Origin: a virus
Taxonomy: Duplodnaviria; Caudoviricetes
Length of the DNA: 31,500 bases
Virus record (IMG/VR): IMGVR_UViG_3300016263_000530
Span: 1 to 31,500 of that record
Reading direction: 5' to 3' (one strand)
Positions 16,921 through 25,666 of this stretch are shown here, one piece after another (the first letter of the stretch is position 1; the number at the start of each line of letters is the position of its first letter). A program made the translations under genes and the position numbers. The notes below the pieces were generated by a model. It saw only the letters and a list, made by a program, of their open reading frames with translations. It made no database searches and was not told the origin of the DNA.

Positions 16921-17010
16921 TTGGAAGTGATCCTGCGATAACCTCAAGAGCTCTCCTTCCAACTAAAACCTAGAATATTTTTAGGTCAGGGGGATGGCCT
17001 CCCCTGTTTC

Positions 17011-17082
17011 GGGAGATTAACTCAGCGGTAGAGTGACTGCCTTACAAGCAGTAAGTCATTGGTTCGAATCCGATATTTCCCA
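17011..17082 (+). tRNA. tRNA-Val(UAC)
   Basis: GGGAGAT/ATTTCCC acceptor, CTTACAA loop. Confidence 0.95.
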
Positions 17083-17109
17083 CTAAATATTTTTTTAAAT
17101 ATTTTCATC

Positions 17110-17589
17110 ATGATTCATATTCACGAAGAACTCTTAAGCGAAGAACAATGCGACGAATTGATCGCATTTTATAATAAAAATTCTAACCGAATCGAACCTT
17201 ATGAATCAACTCAAACTATTAGATTGAGACCATTTAAACATGATCCTTTCATCTTTTCGATACTGAATAGAATTGATAAATTATGTAAAAGTTTTTGGTT
17301 ACCTCCGTCATATACAATCACTCTTCAGAATATGGAACTAGTGAGATGGCCAGTTGGTTCTTATAAAGGTGAACACATTGATAATCCAGAAGATGTCTTT
17401 GCAGTAATCGTATACTTGAATGACGATTATGAAGGTGGAGAAACATTTTTTACACCAACGTTGGTAATCAAACCAGAGACTGGTAAAGGTGTGATATTTT
17501 CAAACTCAAAATATGCACATTCTGTACCTGAAGTTAAAAATAAAGATAGATATACTCTAGCACTTTGGTATACTAAGGTTTATAAATAA
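17110..17589 (+). CDS. 2OG-Fe(II) oxygenase (prolyl-4-hydroxylase-like)
   Basis: HID...YLNDDYEGGET...H...RYTL; TAAATA motifs at 17084 and 17096. The ORF-track start at 17059 falls inside tRNA-Val, so ATG 17110 is preferred. Confidence 0.9.
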   Translation: MIHIHEELLSEEQCDELIAFYNKNSNRIEPYESTQTIRLRPFKHDPFIFSILNRIDKLCKSFWLPPSYTITLQNMELVRWPVGSYKGEHIDNPEDVFAVIVYLNDDYEGGETFFTPTLVIKPETGKGVIFSNSKYAHSVPEVKNKDRYTLALWYTKVYK

Positions 17590-17626
17590 TCACAATGTAA
17601 TAATGTGATGGTAGGTAACATCAATA

Positions 17627-17878
17627 ATGCTAAGTATAAGATGTAAAGGATGTAATGTGGAAATTACATCTCACCCAACTCAAACTAGATGTTGTGGATG
17701 TTCAAACATGACAACTATTAAAGGAAATATGATCACAGCTGTTGACTTATCCAAGGTTGTCATGTTAAACTCTCTTAAAGAAGATAAGAAGTTAAATCTT
17801 CTTTCTTCTGAAGATCTAGCCTTTCAAGAAGCTAGAAGAAAAAGAAAAGTTCGTAAACTGGACTTTGAAATCCGTTAG
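17627..17878 (+). CDS. Small putative Zn-ribbon protein
   Basis: CKGC...CCGC; TATAAATA at 17581-17588. Confidence 0.7.
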   Translation: MLSIRCKGCNVEITSHPTQTRCCGCSNMTTIKGNMITAVDLSKVVMLNSLKEDKKLNLLSSEDLAFQEARRKRKVRKLDFEIR

Positions 17879-17964
17879 GAAGGGTGGCCGAGTGGTTTAA
17901 GGCAGCAGTCTTGAAAACTGCCGTGTTCGTAGCACCGTGGGTTCGAATCCCACCTCTTCCGCCA
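17878..17964 (+). tRNA. tRNA-Ser(UGA) with encoded CCA
   Basis: GGAAGGG/CTCTTCC acceptor, CTTGAAA loop, long variable arm, GCCA end. Confidence 0.95.
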
Positions 17965-18037
17965 GGGGTCTTAGCTCAACTGGTAGAGCATTCGGTTTGC
18001 ATCCGAAAGGTTAGGGGTTCAAGCCCCCTAGATTCCA
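17965..18037 (+). tRNA. tRNA-Ala(UGC)
   Basis: GGGGTCT/AGATTCC acceptor with G3-U70, TTTGCAT loop. Confidence 0.93.
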
Positions 18038-18081
18038 TTCAGTCTTGACAAAAGACTGAATTTTTGATAAATTATAATTAT

Positions 18082-18155
18082 CGGGGTGTAGCGCAGTTTG
18101 GTAGCGCAACTGCTTTGGGAGCAGTGGGTCGGGGGTTCGAATCCCTCCACTCCGA
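18082..18155 (+). tRNA. tRNA-Pro(UGG)
   Basis: CGGGGTG/CACTCCG acceptor, TTTGGGA loop. Confidence 0.95.
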
Positions 18156-18180
18156 CTCATAAAATAATCTTTATGAAACT

Positions 18181-18363
18181 ATGAGAAAATTTACTGTAGA
18201 AGAATTTCAGGAAAATTTTGATACTCTTATGGAGAGGGTTGAAAATGGAGAAACTTTTGTTATCTCAAGTGAGTATGGAGAGACTATGATTATGCCCTAC
18301 AAATATTATGAAAGTGCAATTAAAGTCCATTCTCATTTTAATGATCATGATGATGGATGTTGA
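18181..18363 (+). CDS. Phd/YefM antitoxin-like protein
   Basis: FTVEEFQENFDTLMERVENGETFVIS fits the Phd/YefM N-terminal pattern. Confidence 0.6.
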   Translation: MRKFTVEEFQENFDTLMERVENGETFVISSEYGETMIMPYKYYESAIKVHSHFNDHDDGC

Positions 18364-18384
18364 TAAATAAAAACAAAAAATTAT

Positions 18385-18543
18385 ATGAATTATTCCACAG
18401 TAGAACTAAGAGAAGATGAGAATGGGGATTTAATTCTTCCAATTCCAGATGAAATCATCGAACAATTAGGATGGGAAATTGATGACTTATTAGAATTTCA
18501 ATTGGATGGTGATGGATGTAGAATCATTAATCTATCCAAATAG
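18385..18543 (+). CDS. AbrB/MazE/SpoVT-like protein, 52 aa, absent from the ORF track
   Basis: MNYSTVELREDENGDLILPIPDEIIEQLGWEIDDLLEF...; LxIPxEIxxxLGW pattern; ATAAATA at 18363-18369. Confidence 0.7.
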   Translation: MNYSTVELREDENGDLILPIPDEIIEQLGWEIDDLLEFQLDGDGCRIINLSK

Positions 18544-18546
18544 TGC

Positions 18547-18639
18547 GGGAGTGTAGCTCAATTGGCAGAGCGAGAAGCTTATACCTTCTGTATGCACCAG
18601 ATTAGTGCGCGGTTGGGGGTTCGACTCCCTCCACTCCTA
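18547..18639 (+). tRNA. tRNA-Ile(UAU) with a long variable arm
   Basis: GGGAGTG/CACTCCT acceptor, AGAAG-CTTATAC-CTTCT, 25-nt variable region, GGGGG-TTCGACT-CCCTC. Confidence 0.8.
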
Positions 18640-18656
18640 TAATATGCGATAGATAC

Positions 18657-19445
18657 ATGATACCAAAAATTATTCACCACATTGCTCCCCAAAACAAACA
18701 AGTGTGGCATCCTCTTTGGAGATCTTGTTATCAATCTTGGTTGAATCAGTTTCCAGAAAATGAATTTGAACTTATTTTATGGAACGATGAAGAAGACATT
18801 GATAATTTAATTCAATCGAGTTATCCAAATTACTTACAATTTTATAACAGTCTTCCATATCACATCATGAAAATAGATGTGTCTAGATTGTTAATACTTC
18901 ATAAGTATGGTGGGATATATTCTGATATGGATGTTTATTGTTATAAAAATTTTTATGATCAGATTTCAAATTCCATTACCTTGATGCAAGCTGCATGTGT
19001 TGGAGAAACAGTTCAAAATTGTTTAATGTCGTCAGTCCCCAATTCTAATTTTTTTATTGAATGTATAGAAGTCATTAAAAATAAATTTTTTGACTATGAC
19101 CGAAAAGTTCCCTGTGTTTATGATGTGACCAGAGAAGCATTTGATGATTATGTGAAAGATATTACTGGACCACATATTTTATCAGAAATTTATAATAAAT
19201 ATTCCTATGACATTGGATTTTTTCCGAAAGAATTATATAATGCAAATTCTAGGTATTATTCTGAAGAGTTAATAACCAGACACTTTCTGACTGGAATATG
19301 GGGTTCTGAAATTATAAAAGAATTTATTTTTAACACAGGCAATCCAAACACAGATGACATGATGATTTTAAAATATGAAGAGTCTAGAAAACTTAATGTT
19401 AAAAACATAAATTTTTATAAAAATTATTTTGTGGACAGAGAGTAA
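18657..19445 (+). CDS. GT32/OCH1-like glycosyltransferase
   Basis: MIPKIIHH, KIDVSRL...YGGIYSDMD (DxD) and TGP. Confidence 0.85.
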   Translation: MIPKIIHHIAPQNKQVWHPLWRSCYQSWLNQFPENEFELILWNDEEDIDNLIQSSYPNYLQFYNSLPYHIMKIDVSRLLILHKYGGIYSDMDVYCYKNFYDQISNSITLMQAACVGETVQNCLMSSVPNSNFFIECIEVIKNKFFDYDRKVPCVYDVTREAFDDYVKDITGPHILSEIYNKYSYDIGFFPKELYNANSRYYSEELITRHFLTGIWGSEIIKEFIFNTGNPNTDDMMILKYEESRKLNVKNINFYKNYFVDRE

Positions 19446-19489
19446 ATTGTCCATAGCCCCTTGACAATTGATTTAAAAGACCCTATACT
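19432..19489 (+). promoter_or_regulatory. Early sigma70-type promoter with upstream palindrome
   Basis: TGGACA-N10-TGTCCA, then TTGACA(19461)-N17-TATACT(19484). Confidence 0.8.
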
Positions 19490-19512
19490 ATAAAGGTAAA
19501 CAAATTCAACTG

Positions 19513-19740
19513 ATGTCCAACACTTCGTTTGTTTCTAAATTTCAAAAGTACTTCAATACTCTAACTAAAGTTGTAGAGGGTAGTGCGGATCTCGAAATGG
19601 TTAACCCCAAACTTTATAAAAAACTTCGTAAGTTTTATGAGTCAAATGGTGTTCAATTTTATGATGATCCTAGTGATGATTATGAACTTTTAATTGACTG
19701 TCTTTCTGAAGATCTCGAACGTTCTGGAGTTCTGGCATGA
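19513..19740 (+). CDS. Hypothetical protein (75 aa)
   Basis: ORF directly after a strong promoter. Confidence 0.7.
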   Translation: MSNTSFVSKFQKYFNTLTKVVEGSADLEMVNPKLYKKLRKFYESNGVQFYDDPSDDYELLIDCLSEDLERSGVLA

Positions 19741-19991
19741 TGGAAACAAAAAACAAACCTGTTGTCCTTCTTGAAAGAGAAGGTTATCGATTCGTTCAAA
19801 AAGGTATTATTCAATTAAACGGTAAACCTGATTACCGTCTTCAAAAGAAAAATGAGTATACTGGTAAATGGTACGACATTTACGAATTTGACAATCAAAT
19901 GCAATGTGAAATTGCAATGGAAGATATCGAGTATGCAAAATGGTTAGATCCTGATGGTGTTTATTGTTATCGACATTTGAGATCTGATTGA
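19737..19991 (+). CDS. Hypothetical protein (84 aa)
   Basis: ATGA-coupled ORF with GGAG SD. Confidence 0.7.
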   Translation: MMETKNKPVVLLEREGYRFVQKGIIQLNGKPDYRLQKKNEYTGKWYDIYEFDNQMQCEIAMEDIEYAKWLDPDGVYCYRHLRSD

Positions 19992-19996
19992 TCTAT

Positions 19997-20187
19997 AGTC
20001 TCGGGATGACTCTAAAAGCGCCCTGGTCGGGACGTTCCCCTCAAGTTTCCTAGTTCTTAAAACTAGGTGGTGGAGTCAAGTTGACCCTCATTGTTTTCCA
20101 ATTTTTCTCAAAAATTGGTGGTGCGGATGGGGAATTTTTTCTCCGCCGAGTTTCCAGTTTTCTCGCAATCAAAACTGGTGGCGAGCC
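19997..20187 (+). ncRNA. manA-like RNA motif (wcaG motif is the alternative call)
   Basis: About 190 nt non-coding; three TTTCC-stem-TGGYG hairpin units, GGTGCGGATGGGG and a GTGGCGAGCC end; next to a tRNA and upstream of nucleotide-sugar genes. Confidence 0.65.
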
Positions 20188-20218
20188 TAGCACAGGGAGG
20201 ATTGACACCCTCCCATTT

Positions 20219-20290
20219 GCCTCTTTAGCTCAGTGGTAGAGCAACGGTTTTGTAAACCGTTGGTCGTCGGTTCAAATCCGACAGGAGGCT
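20219..20290 (+). tRNA. tRNA-Thr(UGU)
   Basis: GCCTCTT/AGGAGGC acceptor, TTTGTAA loop. Confidence 0.95.
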
Positions 20291-20307
20291 TGAGTTTATT
20301 ACTCCTT

Positions 20308-20466
20308 ATGTCATTGATTTCTCAAACTGACCGCCAAATGGTTATTGAATCTCTTGAGTATTATATTGAACATCTTAAAGAAGACAATTGTACTCAAACT
20401 TCAATTAATGCATTTCAAACTCTTTTAAACTGGATAGAATTGGAACACTTCAAACATGAACCTTAA
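20308..20466 (+). CDS. Hypothetical protein (52 aa)
   Basis: ATG 20308 (MSLISQTDRQ); the ORF-track start lies inside tRNA-Thr. Confidence 0.65.
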   Translation: MSLISQTDRQMVIESLEYYIEHLKEDNCTQTSINAFQTLLNWIELEHFKHEP

Positions 20467-20641
20467 TCCAAACAAAATAACAAGAAATATTTGGTTCAAC
20501 GAAAGAATGAACCAATGGAATTGGGTTTTAATTTATGGTGATCATCCAGATCTTGAAATGCATTCGGGTAATGCTTTGACCAAACAACAAGCTAAACAAG
20601 ATATAATCAAAACTATGCAGTGGATAGAAGAACATCTCTAG
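20456..20641 (+). CDS. Hypothetical protein (61 aa)
   Basis: ORF overlapping the previous stop region; HSG...KQQA pattern. Confidence 0.6.
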   Translation: MNLNPNKITRNIWFNERMNQWNWVLIYGDHPDLEMHSGNALTKQQAKQDIIKTMQWIEEHL

Positions 20642-20658
20642 ACACTGCTTTTTTGTTG

Positions 20659-20687
20659 TTGACAACTGATCATAATTTGAGTATAAT
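20659..20687 (+). promoter_or_regulatory. Consensus sigma70 promoter of the sugar cluster
   Basis: TTGACA-N17-TATAAT. Confidence 0.85.
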
Positions 20688-20707
20688 TTAAAAAAATATT
20701 CTACTAT

Positions 20708-21709
20708 ATGAGAGTTGCATTAATTACTGGGATTACTGGTCAGGATGGATCCTACCTTGCAGAACTTCTTCTAGAAAAAGGATATGAAGTTCATGGAATT
20801 GTTAGGAGGTCATCCTTAATTAATACTGACAGAATTGATCACATCTATAAAAAACTTCATCTTCACTATGGAGATCTTACTGATTCTACCAATCTGATTA
20901 GTGTTATTCGGAAAGTTCAACCTGATGAGATTTACAATCTAGGAGCTCAGAGTCATGTAAAGGTTTCTTTTGAAATGCCTGAGTATACTGCACAAACCGA
21001 TGCATTAGGAACTCTTCGTATTCTGGAAGCAGTTAGACTTCTTGGGATGGAGACGAAGACTAGAATCTACCAAGCATCTACTTCTGAGATGTATGGTAAG
21101 GTTCAGGAAATTCCTCAAAAAGAAACTACACCTTTTTATCCTCGATCACCTTATGGAGTCGCAAAAGTTTATGGATACTGGATCGTCAAAAACTATAGAG
21201 AGTCTTACGGTTTACATGCATCTTCTGGAATTCTTTTCAATCACGAATCCCCTAGAAGAGGAGAAACTTTTGTCACAAGAAAAATCACTCGCGGACTATC
21301 ATCTATTTCAACTGGGCAACAAGATGTACTATATCTCGGGAATCTGAATGCAAAACGTGATTGGGGTCATGCCAAAGACTTTGTGGAAGCAATGTGGTTA
21401 ATGCTTCAGCAAGATCAACCAGATGACTTTGTGATTGCTACTGGGGTTCAGTATTCAGTTAGAGAGTTTGTAGAGGAAGCATCACCATACTTTGGAATGA
21501 AAATTAGATGGGAAGGTGAAGGTCTAGATGAAGTTGGTATTGATGAATACAGTGGTAATGTGATCATTAGAGTCAGTCCTAAATACTTCAGACCTGCTGA
21601 AGTAGAGACTTTATTAGGTGATGCCACGAAGGCAAAGAAAAAATTAGGTTGGGAACCTAAGATTTCTTTTAAACAATTAGTTGAGGATATGTGCATTTAT
21701 GGACAGTGA
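20708..21709 (+). CDS. gmd: GDP-mannose 4,6-dehydratase
   Basis: [28 protein letters not shown] and NHESPRRG. Confidence 0.97.
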   Translation: MRVALITGITGQDGSYLAELLLEKGYEVHGIVRRSSLINTDRIDHIYKKLHLHYGDLTDSTNLISVIRKVQPDEIYNLGAQSHVKVSFEMPEYTAQTDALGTLRILEAVRLLGMETKTRIYQASTSEMYGKVQEIPQKETTPFYPRSPYGVAKVYGYWIVKNYRESYGLHASSGILFNHESPRRGETFVTRKITRGLSSISTGQQDVLYLGNLNAKRDWGHAKDFVEAMWLMLQQDQPDDFVIATGVQYSVREFVEEASPYFGMKIRWEGEGLDEVGIDEYSGNVIIRVSPKYFRPAEVETLLGDATKAKKKLGWEPKISFKQLVEDMCIYGQ

Positions 21710-22652
21710 TTCTAGAGTATTAGTTTGTGGTGCCAATGGGATGGTTGGTTCTGCAATTGTAAGAAACCTTAAGAGTAAAGGATATTATGTTAATGAAGCG
21801 ACTCGTGATAGAGTTGACTTTACTAATCAAGAAGAGACTAAGGAATATTTTGAAAAAAATAAACCTGAGTATGTGTTTGTTGCTGCTGCCAAAGTAGGTG
21901 GCATTATGGCAAATAATAATTATAAGGGAGATTTTCTGTATCAAAACCTAATGATACAGAATAATATCATTCATTATTCTATGGTGAATGATGTAAAGAA
22001 ACTTTTGTTTTTAGGTTCTTCTTGCATTTATCCAAAGTTTGCCACTCAACCAATCACAGAAGATCAGTTAATGACTGGTCCTTTGGAACCAACCAATGAT
22101 GCTTATGCTATTGCTAAGATTGCAGGCATTAAACTCTGTCAGTCATATAGAGAACAGTATGGGTTTAATGCTATCTCTCTGATGCCTACGAACCTTTATG
22201 GTCCCAATGATAACTTTGATTTGGAAACATCTCATGTTCTTCCTGCCATGATTGCAAAGTTTCATGAGGCGAAAAAAACTGGATATGTTATAGATCCAGG
22301 AGGTCCTTGGTATGGTCCATCAGTTAAACTGTGGGGAGATGGTTCTGCTATGCGTGAGTTTCTACATGTTGATGACCTTGCTGAAGCATGTTATGTTTGT
22401 ATGCAGCAATATGATGAAGCAGAGCATATTAATGTGGGTACAGGTGAAGACATAAGTATCAGGGAACTGGCAGAAACTATTTCTAGAGTTGTTGGGTTTA
22501 TGGGTGATATTGAATGGGACACATCAAAACCAAATGGAACTCCTAGAAAGGTCTTAAATGTAGATAAGATCAAATCACTTGGATGGGAACCAAAAATTTC
22601 TCTTTCTCAGGGAATTGAATCGACTTATCAATGGTACAAAAAATACAATTAA
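21699..22652 (+). CDS. fcl: GDP-L-fucose synthase
   Basis: [27 protein letters not shown] and SHVLPA. Confidence 0.95.
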   Translation: MDSDSRVLVCGANGMVGSAIVRNLKSKGYYVNEATRDRVDFTNQEETKEYFEKNKPEYVFVAAAKVGGIMANNNYKGDFLYQNLMIQNNIIHYSMVNDVKKLLFLGSSCIYPKFATQPITEDQLMTGPLEPTNDAYAIAKIAGIKLCQSYREQYGFNAISLMPTNLYGPNDNFDLETSHVLPAMIAKFHEAKKTGYVIDPGGPWYGPSVKLWGDGSAMREFLHVDDLAEACYVCMQQYDEAEHINVGTGEDISIRELAETISRVVGFMGDIEWDTSKPNGTPRKVLNVDKIKSLGWEPKISLSQGIESTYQWYKKYN

Positions 22653-22656
22653 AATT

Positions 22657-23595
22657 ATGAATACTATTAATTTTTTCAATTGTTTCCATAATGGAGACAT
22701 GTTTGTTTCTAAAGAATTTATTCGACAAATAGTAAACGATCTTCCAGATTTTAATTTCGGATACTATCATTTGAATCATCCTAAAACTACAAAAGATCTT
22801 CTGATTCCTCATCTTGGTGCTCCTAAGTTTAAAGAAAATATAAAATTTGTAGAAGATGATAAGGTTCTGAATGTCAACTCATGGATTGGTGCCTATCATC
22901 CAGTTCACGCAAGTGAACCTCCAATTTTTTGGAACGGTGGAATAAATTATCTTTGTCTTTATGACACTTGGAAATTTATCTTTAATAAAATAAATTCTTA
23001 CTTTGAAACTAATCTAAAAATTAAAGATTCTCCAAATGATTACATTCCAACAATTAACTATGATTTATTTGATGTTAGTGAATGTGATAAGTTTTTAGGA
23101 GAAAGAAAAGACTCTAAGAAAATTCTTTTTTCAAATGGATCAGCAATGTCAGGTCAATCATTTGCATATGACATGTCCAAAATTATAATTGACTTTGCTT
23201 TGAAGTATCAACAACATGATTTTATCTGCACAAGTAAATTTGAAGCGGATTTGGAAAATATATTTTTTACTGATGATATTTTTAAATCTGATGATGAGTT
23301 TTTTGAAACTAAAGTTCCTTGGAATAATAGATCAAATAATAATTGTGACTTGAATGAAATTTCATACCTTAGTCGATCATGTGATCTTATAGTTGGTAAA
23401 AATTCTGGTCCATTTATTTACTGTATGACTAAAGAGAATTTTATGGATCCGAGTAAATACATTATTTCTTTTAATGCTGATATGGAAGATTCTCTTGGAT
23501 ATGGAATTGATATTGAATGTGAATATCTGTTCAGTAATATTTTTGAACACCAATCAGTTGTAGAAACTGTCGAAGAAAAATTATGTCTTTTGTAA
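22657..23595 (+). CDS. Hypothetical protein, possibly a GT-B glycosyltransferase
   Basis: N-terminal HNGD and C-terminal DLIVGKNSGP resemble GT9-like motifs; sugar-cluster context. Confidence 0.5.
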   Translation: MNTINFFNCFHNGDMFVSKEFIRQIVNDLPDFNFGYYHLNHPKTTKDLLIPHLGAPKFKENIKFVEDDKVLNVNSWIGAYHPVHASEPPIFWNGGINYLCLYDTWKFIFNKINSYFETNLKIKDSPNDYIPTINYDLFDVSECDKFLGERKDSKKILFSNGSAMSGQSFAYDMSKIIIDFALKYQQHDFICTSKFEADLENIFFTDDIFKSDDEFFETKVPWNNRSNNNCDLNEISYLSRSCDLIVGKNSGPFIYCMTKENFMDPSKYIISFNADMEDSLGYGIDIECEYLFSNIFEHQSVVETVEEKLCLL

Positions 23596-24155
23596 ATTTT
23601 TATACATCACACTTAAGTTCAATTCAAAACTGTTTGGATAATCTGGATTTGAATAAAGTTGAACAACTAATTGATGAAATTAATTTGTGTGGTGGGAAAA
23701 TAATTTTTACTGGAATTGGAAAAAATGGTCATGTTGCTGCGAAGGCAACATCTACATTTTGTTCTATTGGAGTTCATGCTTTCTTCTTAAATCCAGTTGA
23801 TTCTGTTCATGGAGACATGGGAGTTATAAATGATAAGGATCTTATAATTTCAGTTTCTAAAAGTGGAAACACAGAAGAGTTAATAACTTTTTTGAGAAAC
23901 GTAAGAAGGAAGAAATGTAAGATTGTTTCAATTCATTCAAATGAAAATAATGAAAGCTTGCAGTATTCTGACTTAGATGTTAATCTTCATGTTGATCGAG
24001 AAGCCGATCATTTGAATATTGTTCCAACTTCATCAATTGCTGTGTTTACTGTATTTTTACAATCCATTGCTTGTGAAATTTCAAGTAGAAACAACATGAC
24101 AAGAGAACAGTTTATTTTTAATCATCCTGGTGGAAGTATAGGAAAACTGAAATGA
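23583..24155 (+). CDS. KdsD/GutQ-like SIS-domain sugar-phosphate isomerase without CBS domains
   Basis: TGIGKNGHV, HGDMG, SKSGNTEE, PTSS and HPGGSIG. Confidence 0.88.
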   Translation: MSFVNFYTSHLSSIQNCLDNLDLNKVEQLIDEINLCGGKIIFTGIGKNGHVAAKATSTFCSIGVHAFFLNPVDSVHGDMGVINDKDLIISVSKSGNTEELITFLRNVRRKKCKIVSIHSNENNESLQYSDLDVNLHVDREADHLNIVPTSSIAVFTVFLQSIACEISSRNNMTREQFIFNHPGGSIGKLK

Positions 24156-25666
24156 TTACATCTAAAGACATAGAATATGTGATTGTTCAAGCTGGCGGAA
24201 AAGGAACAAGAATGGGTCACTATACGGTTAATAAACCTAAGTGTCTTGTTCCAGTAAATGATGTTCCTATGATAGTAAACTTATTGCAAGTTTATAAGGG
24301 AAAGAAAGTTATTATTATTGGTGACTATTTGTTAGATGTATTGGAGTCATATTTAAAAACTTTTTGTTTTCAGTATGATTATAAAATTATAAGTACTAAC
24401 GAATCTGGTACTTCTGCTGGTCTCAAAGAATCAGTAAAAAATATTCCAGATGACAAACCATTTATAGTAACTTGGTCTGACTTGTTCTTTTTGAAAGAAC
24501 AAGAATTTTCTTTTAGTACTGATCTTTTGGTTGGGTTGTCTAATACTTTTAAATGTAGATGGAAACTCGAATCGAATAAGTTTATCAATGAGTCATCTAA
24601 TAGTTGTGGAGTTTCTGGATTTTTTGCCTTCAAAGATAAGTCTAGATTTTTAAATATTACTACAGATAAATCTTTGGTTAGAGGATTTTTGACAGACTTC
24701 TATTATGAAGATGACATCTCTAGTTTTTATAATCATGATTGTTTTGAAGTTGGTGAATTGGAAAATTATGAAAATATTTTAAGTCAAAGATTGACTCATA
24801 GATTCTTCAATAGAGTTGAATCTAAAGAAAATAAAATTTATAAAACCTGTATTGATTCTAAGTATGAAGATGTTCATCTGAAAGAGAAACAGTGGTATCA
24901 GTTTGTCAAGGGTAAAGTTGATTGTATTCCATCAATCTATTCAACAGATCCATTGATTATGGAAAAAATTGAAGGAAAACATCTTTGGCAAGTAAAAGAT
25001 AATAAACTAGAAATTATTAACAACTATTGTGATACTTTAGATTCTCTTCATAGGATTGATAGTTTTACGGCAGATAAAAATGATTGTATGTCTGTTTATT
25101 TTTCTAAGTGTTATCATAGAGTTCTTGAGGTTAAAAATTTAATTAAATTTTTAAATGAACCATCCATTAAAATCAATGGAGTAAATTGTTTAAACCCAAT
25201 TTACAATATTAAAGATTTTGAGGATTCAATTAGTTCTATTTCTATGATTGATCAATACAAAGTAATACATGGTGATTGTACTTTCAGCAATACTCTTGTA
25301 GATTTAAATTCTAAAATATGGTTAATTGATCCTAGGGGTATATTTGGATCTACCGAAATTTATGGAGACCCAAGATATGATTGGGCTAAATTTTATTATT
25401 CTGCTTCTGGAAATTATGATTCCATCAATTCAAAAAAATTCAAAGTCTCTATTATTGGAAATGAAGTTGAACTTCAAATAAATTCAAATGGATATGAAGA
25501 CTATTCAGATTTAATTGTTGAAAGGTCTGGAATGTCTAAAAAAGAAATGGAACTAATTCATTCTTCTATTTGGTTATCTTTAACTGGTTATGTGAAAGAA
25601 GATATAGATTCTTTTTTATATGCTTTCTATAATGGATGTTATTTGTGGAGTAAATATTGTGAATAA
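24152..25666 (+). CDS. Fusion of a sugar nucleotidyltransferase and an APH/choline-kinase-like phosphotransferase
   Basis: N-terminal QAGGKGTRM...KPKCL...WSD; C-terminal HGDCTFSN...LIDPRG...YDWAK. Confidence 0.85.
   Translation: MITSKDIEYVIVQAGGKGTRMGHYTVNKPKCLVPVNDVPMIVNLLQVYKGKKVIIIGDYLLDVLESYLKTFCFQYDYKIISTNESGTSAGLKESVKNIPDDKPFIVTWSDLFFLKEQEFSFSTDLLVGLSNTFKCRWKLESNKFINESSNSCGVSGFFAFKDKSRFLNITTDKSLVRGFLTDFYYEDDISSFYNHDCFEVGELENYENILSQRLTHRFFNRVESKENKIYKTCIDSKYEDVHLKEKQWYQFVKGKVDCIPSIYSTDPLIMEKIEGKHLWQVKDNKLEIINNYCDTLDSLHRIDSFTADKNDCMSVYFSKCYHRVLEVKNLIKFLNEPSIKINGVNCLNPIYNIKDFEDSISSISMIDQYKVIHGDCTFSNTLVDLNSKIWLIDPRGIFGSTEIYGDPRYDWAKFYYSASGNYDSINSKKFKVSIIGNEVELQINSNGYEDYSDLIVERSGMSKKEMELIHSSIWLSLTGYVKEDIDSFLYAFYNGCYLWSKYCE

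Noticed and set aside
15927-18639. Stop-codon reassignment or suppressor tRNAs
   Set aside because: The TAA, TAG and TGA triplets here are anticodons reading Leu, Leu and Ser codons, and genes end normally at all three stop codons.
20202-20230. TTGACA before tRNA-Thr as a working promoter
   Set aside because: The -10 position would fall inside the tRNA and matches poorly; retained only as a hairpin-loop observation.
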